From an uncultured delta proteobacterium (GTDB lineage: Bacteria > Desulfobacterota > Syntrophobacteria > BM002), in contig CAVQGX010000029.1 of NCBI GenBank assembly GCA_963712115.1, positions 1-33,874 of the forward strand: a DNA stretch of 33,874 bases, given 5' to 3'. Position 1 is the stretch's first letter. The number at the start of each line of letters is the position of its first letter. Shown here piece by piece: positions 27,749-33,874 of this stretch. Position numbers and translations under genes: made by a program. Below the pieces are notes generated by a model. That model was not told the DNA's origin. It ran no database searches and saw only the letters and a program-made list of their open reading frames with translations.

Positions 27749-28585
27749 TCAGGGAGAGGTGATGAACTGAGTCTCGCTGATATGAAATTCATGGACGAAA
27801 TCATTGTTCTCCACCTCATCCGACACACCTATGAGAAATGGAACCATGAGCCCTTGAACACTCCTGAGGTCACGGTAATGCAAGGTTCCCTTGTATGACT
27901 CAAACAGTGATCGGAGGGTAAAGTCAATGTAATCTACATAGTAAGTTTGCTGATTTATGTAGATTAAATACTGATTGTGTTCAGGCGAAGCTGAAACCCC
28001 GCCTGAACTTGCGAAAAGGACATAGTAAGCCTCATTTTCGATATTTTTCTCGCCTGCATAGAGTAATACTGGACTTTCATACAATTTGTAGGGCCATTGG
28101 AAATAGTCCCTCAAAGGTTCCAAATAAAGCCTGATTTTCGAACTGTCAGCGAATTCCCTTTCTTGGTTAATAGCTCTGTAGGTCTTTTCATTTTCAACGC
28201 CAATATACTGTCCCTTTCGCTTACCGTTTAAAAAAAGGTAGTTAATTTCGTCCCCTGCTGTTGAAAACAAAACTTCGAACTTCTGTTCTTGCTCAGTTAC
28301 GGGAGTAAAAAATCTCACCAAACTCGAATGCCATAAATCAGTGCCCTTTAGGCGGACAGAGTTAAAAGATCTGTATGTGCTATATCCACCTCTTACATTC
28401 AAAGATTTCTCGAAAACTGTTATAGCCTTCTCTCGCAAGTCTGGTTGAGTGTCTGGATTTTTTACTTTGTCCGTAGACAGATCAGCAGTGCTGCAGCCGA
28501 TAGCGAGAATCATGGAAGTAAATACAAGCAAGAATCTGCCGCACCGTTTCTTGAAAATTTTTCCCGAAGATCGAATCTTATTCAT
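27749..28585 (-). CDS. Putative lipoprotein of unknown function (likely ATG 28585)
   Basis: Basic N-terminus, hydrophobic stretch and lipobox-like AIGC; C-terminal Y.D.R.V.GL.VPF resembles LolA-like fold proteins. Confidence 0.6.
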   Translation of the reverse strand: MNKIRSSGKIFKKRCGRFLLVFTSMILAIGCSTADLSTDKVKNPDTQPDLREKAITVFEKSLNVRGGYSTYRSFNSVRLKGTDLWHSSLVRFFTPVTEQEQKFEVLFSTAGDEINYLFLNGKRKGQYIGVENEKTYRAINQEREFADSSKIRLYLEPLRDYFQWPYKLYESPVLLYAGEKNIENEAYYVLFASSGGVSASPEHNQYLIYINQQTYYVDYIDFTLRSLFESYKGTLHYRDLRSVQGLMVPFLIGVSDEVENNDFVHEFHISETQFITSP

Positions 28586-28812
28586 GGGTGAAAGAATCTG
28601 CCCCTCCTTTGTTTCATTGGGCCTGAGATAAGCTCTGCTGAAAGCATTGTCAAGGATCTGATGCACAATTGCTAATTACAGTGTTTTCATTTATTAAAGA
28701 GAAGCTGATGCTAGCGCTTGAGTATGGGTTGACTGCATGGGAGATAAGCTTACCTTTAGAAGTGAAGACCGACTTGTCGGCTACTTAAAAATTAAATTAA
28801 CCCGGATATTTC

Positions 28813-29274
28813 ATGGCAAAAACGCACCGGTTCAAAACTTCTCTGACTCTACCTTTGGGTATTGACGAGGCTTTTAGCTTTTTTGTTGATGCCTCCAATC
28901 TCGAGAAGATTACGCCACCTGAATTGTGTTTTCACATTCTGACGCCACAGCCCATTGAAATCACTGAAGGTACAGAGATCGATTACCGGCTGCGTCTGTA
29001 TGGTGTGCCGCTTAACTGGCGCTCTAGGATAACCAACTGGTCTCCCCCACACCGCTTTGTTGACGAGCAGATTCAGGGTCCCTACAGGCTCTGGGTTCAC
29101 CTGCATCGATTTTACCAGCAGAACGGTAGTACAAAGATTGTAGACGAGGTCCGGTACCAGCTTCCCCTTTGGCCGTTAGGGGAGCTTGCTTATCCTCTTA
29201 TTGCCGCCCAGCTCAGTAGGATTTTTCGCTTCAGAAAACAAGCCATAGGGGAGGCCATTCACAAACAGTTGTAA
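28813..29274 (+). CDS. SRPBCC family protein
   Basis: F.FF....NL..ITPP, W...I....PP..FVD.Q..GPY..W.H.H.F and D.V.Y motifs. Confidence 0.85.
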   Translation: MAKTHRFKTSLTLPLGIDEAFSFFVDASNLEKITPPELCFHILTPQPIEITEGTEIDYRLRLYGVPLNWRSRITNWSPPHRFVDEQIQGPYRLWVHLHRFYQQNGSTKIVDEVRYQLPLWPLGELAYPLIAAQLSRIFRFRKQAIGEAIHKQL

Positions 29275-29311
29275 AAATTCTGGCTGGATTATCTAGAAAG
29301 GGTGAGAACAA

Positions 29312-29752
29312 ATGAAAAGGAGATATTTTTTTATGCTTGCCTTTACCTTTGTTTTGACGGCGTGCTCCACTGATCAAAGCATAAAAACCGGAGCAACTGG
29401 CGACAGGCTGTCAGCCTGTCCCAAGTCTCCCAACTGCGTCTCCTCTTTGAGCGAGGATAAATCTCAACAGGTGGCACCCTTGACATACAGTGCTCCTCTT
29501 GATGAGGCGAGAGAAAAGCTCATCTCTGTGATCAACTCAATGAAGCGCTCTGAGATTGTCACCGCTGAGAACAACTACCTGCATGCAACCTTTAAATCTT
29601 TTCTTTTCCGCTTTGTGGATGATGTGGAATTTTCTTTTGATGACGAAAGAAAGATTATAGATGTGAGGTCGGCATCGAGGACGGGATATTCTGATTTTGG
29701 CGTAAACCGCAGTAGGGTAGAGGAAATAAGAAGAAGGTTTATGGCTCCGTAA
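29312..29752 (+). CDS. DUF1499 family lipoprotein
   Basis: LTAC lipobox; CPKSPNCVSS, FVDDVEF and RSASR.G.SD.GVNR.R motifs. Confidence 0.88.
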   Translation: MKRRYFFMLAFTFVLTACSTDQSIKTGATGDRLSACPKSPNCVSSLSEDKSQQVAPLTYSAPLDEAREKLISVINSMKRSEIVTAENNYLHATFKSFLFRFVDDVEFSFDDERKIIDVRSASRTGYSDFGVNRSRVEEIRRRFMAP

Positions 29753-29801
29753 ATGACCAAAACGACCTTATATTCCAGTTCCAGTTGGACCCGCATTTTG
29801 C

Positions 29802-30077
29802 CTAGCCGGCCGGTGGGGCCCAGAAAGCTATTTCCGGTGCTTTGCCTGATACAAGCCAGGGAAACCGCCTCTCAAAATCTTCCAACCTTCTTTTGTAGTG
29901 ATGCACCCTAACCCGCATGTCGCCATCATCGGGATCAGCTCGGAGGGCGGCCTCAGCATCACGCAAAAGTACCCTGAGCTCAAGGTACTCCCTCTCCACG
30001 TCTCGGACTTCCTTGCGAAACTTGTGAATACGCTCTAGAAGCCATTCAGGATCACTATAATCTATGGGAACGGTCAT
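29802..30077 (-). CDS. Hypothetical helical/coiled-coil protein (91 aa)
   Basis: RBS AGGAG and a charged amphipathic helical pattern. Confidence 0.6.
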   Translation of the reverse strand: MTVPIDYSDPEWLLERIHKFRKEVRDVEREYLELRVLLRDAEAALRADPDDGDMRVRVHHYKRRLEDFERRFPWLVSGKAPEIAFWAPPAG

Positions 30078-30392
30078 AACCTTCTCCTGACTGAATCACC
30101 TGCCCACCTGCTGGGGCGGTTGGCTAACTGCAATTTTGACTTTGTCGCAAACCAAGATTACTTTTACCCAGTTTATTACATCTGGTCATGTAGGAGCAAC
30201 CTTTGGTTGCAATGACAAAATGACAGATGAAAGTGCCCGGTAATCTCACTTTTAAAGCTCTCTTGAATGGTCAGGTGGAGCTCAAAAGTACTTGTGCTTG
30301 GCGAAAAGTTGCCACTCTGGTTTTCTCGGCGTAAAGTGATTACTATGATTTTCAAGGGTGAAATTATCAGGTTTGTTTGAGGTGGAGGGAGA

Positions 30393-31307
30393 ATGGCTGA
30401 GAATCTCTTGTTTGCTGAAGATCTATGCAAAACCTTTAATGGCTTGAAGGCAGTGGATGGTATATCTCTGCGCATGACCAGGGGAGAGTGCTTCGGCATC
30501 CTCGGTCCCAACGGCGCCGGAAAAACAACCACTGTTCGCATGATCTACGGGTTCAGCCCGGTCAGTTCCGGAACTCTCAAGGTCTTTGGCATGGACATTC
30601 AGAAGCACGCCCGGCTTATTAAGGCAAAAAGCGGTGTGTGCCAGCAAGAGAACAATTTGGATCCAGACCTCACCGTTTTTCAAAATTTGGTCACTTTTGC
30701 CAGCTATTTCGACATACCGCGAGCTACAGCCAGGCAGCGAGCCTCCGAATTGCTGCGTTTCATGCGCTTGGAGCATAAACAGCACGCCAAAATATTGGAG
30801 CTCTCCGGTGGTATGCAGCGGCGACTGGTTATCGCCCGCGCCCTGATAAACAAACCTGAACTCCTTATTCTTGATGAGCCTACCACCGGTCTAGATCCTC
30901 AATCCCGACATCAGGTGTGGGGGCGGCTGGCAGAGCTAAAGGCTCAGGGACTGGGTATTCTCCTCACCACTCATTATATGGAAGAGGCGGCACACCTTTG
31001 CGATAGATTAGTAATCATGGATCATGGGCGTATCTTAGTTGAGGGTGGACCACTGGATCTGATCCACCAAAATGTCGGAGCCAATGTAATCGAGGTTGAG
31101 TCACCTAGTGAATCACTCCTGAATTTTGTCAAAGAGAGCGATCTGGACCACGAGGAGCTTTCCCATAGGTTGCTCATCTACACCAGGGATGGTGAGACTC
31201 TCTTTCGCAAGATCTCTGAGGGTTTCTGCGATCGGGGTTGCAGCCTGAGAATGGCAACCCTTGAGGACGTCTTTCTAAAGCTGACGGGAAGGGAATTGAG
31301 AGATTAA
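30393..31307 (+). CDS. ABC exporter ATP-binding protein (NodI/DrrA-like)
   Basis: [26 protein letters not shown] and TTHYMEEA motifs. Confidence 0.92.
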   Translation: MAENLLFAEDLCKTFNGLKAVDGISLRMTRGECFGILGPNGAGKTTTVRMIYGFSPVSSGTLKVFGMDIQKHARLIKAKSGVCQQENNLDPDLTVFQNLVTFASYFDIPRATARQRASELLRFMRLEHKQHAKILELSGGMQRRLVIARALINKPELLILDEPTTGLDPQSRHQVWGRLAELKAQGLGILLTTHYMEEAAHLCDRLVIMDHGRILVEGGPLDLIHQNVGANVIEVESPSESLLNFVKESDLDHEELSHRLLIYTRDGETLFRKISEGFCDRGCSLRMATLEDVFLKLTGRELRD

Positions 31308-32107
31308 TGGCTGTTAGGGAAATGAACTGGCTACCACAGATATCACCAAGATTTCGCCGCATACTGCAGCGAAACTCCCAGGTGCTTCGACGTACTTGGA
31401 AGGTAAACTTTTTGCCGCCAATCCTGGAGCCTGTCCTGTATTTGCTCGCTTTTGGAGCCGGATTGGGGCTACTGGTTGGGGAGATGTCTTACCGAGGGGA
31501 ACCTGTGAGCTACGTTGCCTACATCGCACCAGCACTCATTGCAATAAACATTATGTATAACGCCTTTTTTGAAAATACTTTCGCTTCATACGTGCGAATG
31601 TACTACCAGAAGACTTACGATGCCATCATGGCTACGCCACTCAACTTGGATGAGATCATCACCGGTGAAATTGTCTGGGGTGCAGTAAAATCTCTAATTG
31701 CAACGATGCTCATGGTGGCGGTAATAAGTTTTTTTAGACTCCTCGTCTACCCCCATGCCCTGTTGATCGTACCCCTTGCTTTTCTTGGAGGATTGGCTTT
31801 TGGCTCAGTGGCCATGTGCTTTACCGCCTTGGTGCCCCAAATTGAGGTATTCAACTTTCCCATCTTTCTTTTCATCACGCCCATGTTCCTATTTAGTGGT
31901 ACCTTCTTCCCCCTGGAGACCCTACCTCGCTGGGCTCAAGTTCTGGCCCAAGTTCTTCCCCTCACTCACCTTGTCGCCCTAGTGCGGGCTTTGGCCATGG
32001 GCAAACTGGAGGGTCAGCTCTTGCTGAGTCTTCTCTACTTGGTTCTCTTCTCGGCTGTCACTTTTATCCTGGCGATTGCGCTCATGAGAAGGCGGCTGAT
32101 TATTTAG
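31307..32107 (+). CDS. ABC-2 type permease (NodJ-like)
   Basis: Six TM helices, EP.LYL..FG.GLG and PM.LFSG.FFP motifs; TAATG translational coupling. Confidence 0.9.
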   Translation: MAVREMNWLPQISPRFRRILQRNSQVLRRTWKVNFLPPILEPVLYLLAFGAGLGLLVGEMSYRGEPVSYVAYIAPALIAINIMYNAFFENTFASYVRMYYQKTYDAIMATPLNLDEIITGEIVWGAVKSLIATMLMVAVISFFRLLVYPHALLIVPLAFLGGLAFGSVAMCFTALVPQIEVFNFPIFLFITPMFLFSGTFFPLETLPRWAQVLAQVLPLTHLVALVRALAMGKLEGQLLLSLLYLVLFSAVTFILAIALMRRRLII

Positions 32108-32286
32108 TGTCGGGCAAGAAAACCCCAGTAAAGGTTTAGTCTCCCGAACCCCCTGTTTTTACTTCATTTGACTATAATTAATCTGATGGTTACCATCTTT
32201 ACATGCTTGGTAGTTAGATTAGCCGATTGGTGAGATAAGGAGGAGAATAGAGGTAACCTCTCATTATCTTGCCCTCCAACGAGATG

Positions 32287-32327
32287 TTACTAAGTAAAGA
32301 ATCCAGTCCCGGGGGACCTGACTTTGA
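32287..32327 (+). repeat. Dispersed repeat, copy B (no insert)
   Basis: TTACTAAGTAAAGAATCCAGTCCCGGGGGACCTGACTTTGA, homologous to 8171-8099. Confidence 0.7.
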
Positions 32328-32482
32328 TTGAGAAGGAATCAGGAGTCAAATCCCGTGGGCCAAGAGCATAGAGCGAAAGATTTTGAATTATCCCTATGCC
32401 CCATGCGCTATGCTATCTGACCTGGCCCCACGGACCAATTTTCCGAGATCCTAACCAAGAGATAGTTCGGTGTAGCCCACAA

Positions 32483-33091
32483 ATGATAAAAGCCATAATC
32501 TTTGACTTCGGCCGGGTCATTTCAGCGCAAAAGCCCGCCTCATTGTTTAGCAGTTACGAGAATGACCTGGGACTGGAGCCAGGCACGATCAACTCAATAA
32601 TGTTCAATAGTAAAGCCTGGGAGGACGCCCTTATTGGTAGCAAAACGGTGGAAGAATTCTGGCAGGAGATGGGACCGCATCTTAATCTTAACACCCCAAC
32701 TGAAATAGATGCTTTCCGCCGCCGTTATCATTCAGATGAGGCAATTAATCACTCAGTAGTGGAGCTGGTGCAAAGGTTACACGGCCGCCGCAAACTGGCG
32801 GTTCTATCGAATTCACCGCCTGGCCTTTCCCAATGGCTTGCTGACTGGAACTTGCTCGACCTTTTCGACACGGTTTTCTGCTCTGGTGATGAGGGCGTGG
32901 TCAAGCCCGAGCCGACTGCATTCGAAATCACACTTCAGCGATTGGAAGTTAGACCCGAGGAAGCGGTGTTCATCGACGATACTATGGAACACGTGGAGGC
33001 ATCCCGCAAGATGGGACTCCAAGCGATTCTTTTCACCACCGCCGAAGCGCTCGAGGAAGAGCTGGCTGATTTGTTGCGCGAAGATTTCTAA
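32483..33091 (+). CDS. HAD-superfamily phosphatase (YihX-like; ATG 32483)
   Basis: IIFDFGRV motif I, LSN, KP and FIDD motifs. Confidence 0.88.
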   Translation: MIKAIIFDFGRVISAQKPASLFSSYENDLGLEPGTINSIMFNSKAWEDALIGSKTVEEFWQEMGPHLNLNTPTEIDAFRRRYHSDEAINHSVVELVQRLHGRRKLAVLSNSPPGLSQWLADWNLLDLFDTVFCSGDEGVVKPEPTAFEITLQRLEVRPEEAVFIDDTMEHVEASRKMGLQAILFTTAEALEEELADLLREDF

Positions 33092-33106
33092 TCGCAACCA
33101 CGATAA

Positions 33107-33420
33107 AGAATTCAGGAGTCAGAATTCAGAATCCAGTTAGCATAGAGCATAGAGCATGGGGCATAGAGCAAGAAGCTAGAACTCAGAGTCTAGATTTCAG
33201 TGTTCAGGTTTCAGTTTTTGTCTTTCTCTTCCCTGACACCTGACACCCGAAACCTGACACCCTGAGATTTGTTGCTTGTGATTTGGAATTGCGGATTTCT
33301 AATTTCGAAATTATTGAACTGTGATTTGAATGCTCTTTTTGATTGCAACGATTTGAACGGCTTGAACGATTTGAACGGTTTCTAAACACTTTAGACATTT
33401 TAGTTCATTTTAGGCATTTG
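33107..33420. repeat. Stack of different short-period (7-10 nt) tandem repeats
   Basis: AGAATTC/AGGAGTC, (AGCATAG)n, (CCTGACA)n, GATTTG units, (TTGAACGAT/GGC)n and (CATTTTAG..)n in succession. Confidence 0.75.
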
Positions 33421-33438
33421 AAATGATAAGGGAGAGAA

Positions 33439-33874
33439 ATGACGATAGCTGTCAAAAACGATCAAATTCAAATTTACCGACTCGAGCTGGGGCCCTATAG
33501 CACCAACAGTTACATCCTAACCTGCAGAAAGACAAATGAGAGCGTGGTTGTAGATGCCCCTGGGGATGTGGACCTGGTTTTGGCCCAATTGAATAAGACT
33601 CGCCCTCAGTACATCCTGATGACCCACGGCCATTTTGACCATATAGGCGGACTGGCCGAACTGAAATCGGCCTTAGATATCCCGGTTGCAGCTCACCTTG
33701 CAGATGCCAGCGATTTGCCGCTTAAGCCCGATTTATTCCTTAATGACGAGGATGAGATCTCTGTGGGAGCTATCAAACTAAGGGTGCTATGCACGCCGGG
33801 ACACACGCCGGGGAGCATATGTTTTCTCACAGGTAATTATCTGATTGCAGGAGATACTCTATTTCCCGGCGGTC
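33439..33874 (+). CDS. MBL-fold metallo-hydrolase (glyoxalase II/YcbL-like), truncated by the window end and absent from the ORF track
   Basis: ATG 33439 after AGGGAG; translation gives LGPYSTNSYIL, VVDAP, THGHFDH (HxHxDH), TPGHTPGS and GDTLF. Confidence 0.9.
   Translation, partial: MTIAVKNDQIQIYRLELGPYSTNSYILTCRKTNESVVVDAPGDVDLVLAQLNKTRPQYILMTHGHFDHIGGLAELKSALDIPVAAHLADASDLPLKPDLFLNDEDEISVGAIKLRVLCTPGHTPGSICFLTGNYLIAGDTLFPGG

Noticed and set aside
30393-32107. nodI/nodJ as evidence of Nod-factor export
   Set aside because: No nodABC genes; this ABC-2 family is widespread, so no gene symbols were assigned.
926-33398. Numerous antisense or nested ORFs in the six-frame track
   Set aside because: They are shadows of well-supported genes or translations of repeats, with no independent coding evidence.

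Overview
Chromosomal window whose gene content and order suggest a Desulfobacterota (deltaproteobacterial) anaerobe. From left to right it holds: (1) the conserved core block ahbB-hemL-atpZ/atpI-atpB-atpE-rex; (2) a uvrA that lacks the insertion domain; (3) a complete IS110-family (IS1111-type) element whose ends, core, empty target site and ncRNA guide segments can be read from the sequence, and whose ncRNA seems to carry two target-guide modules; (4) a six-gene non-canonical chaperone-usher-like pilus locus with two sigma54-type promoters; (5) a Tat-exported orphan protein; (6) a solute-binding protein / HAMP-GAF kinase / receiver / REC-PP2C signalling operon; (7) assorted enzymes and transporters. 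The ORF track truncates a membrane HAMP-PP2C phosphatase, which appears to start at 25700 and read through an in-frame UGA (YGGQV-U-PF) followed by a SECIS-like hairpin, making it a candidate selenoprotein sensor phosphatase. Intergenic regions carry many short-period repeats, a REP doublet and MITE-like elements. All calls were made by eye, with no database searches or folding programs.
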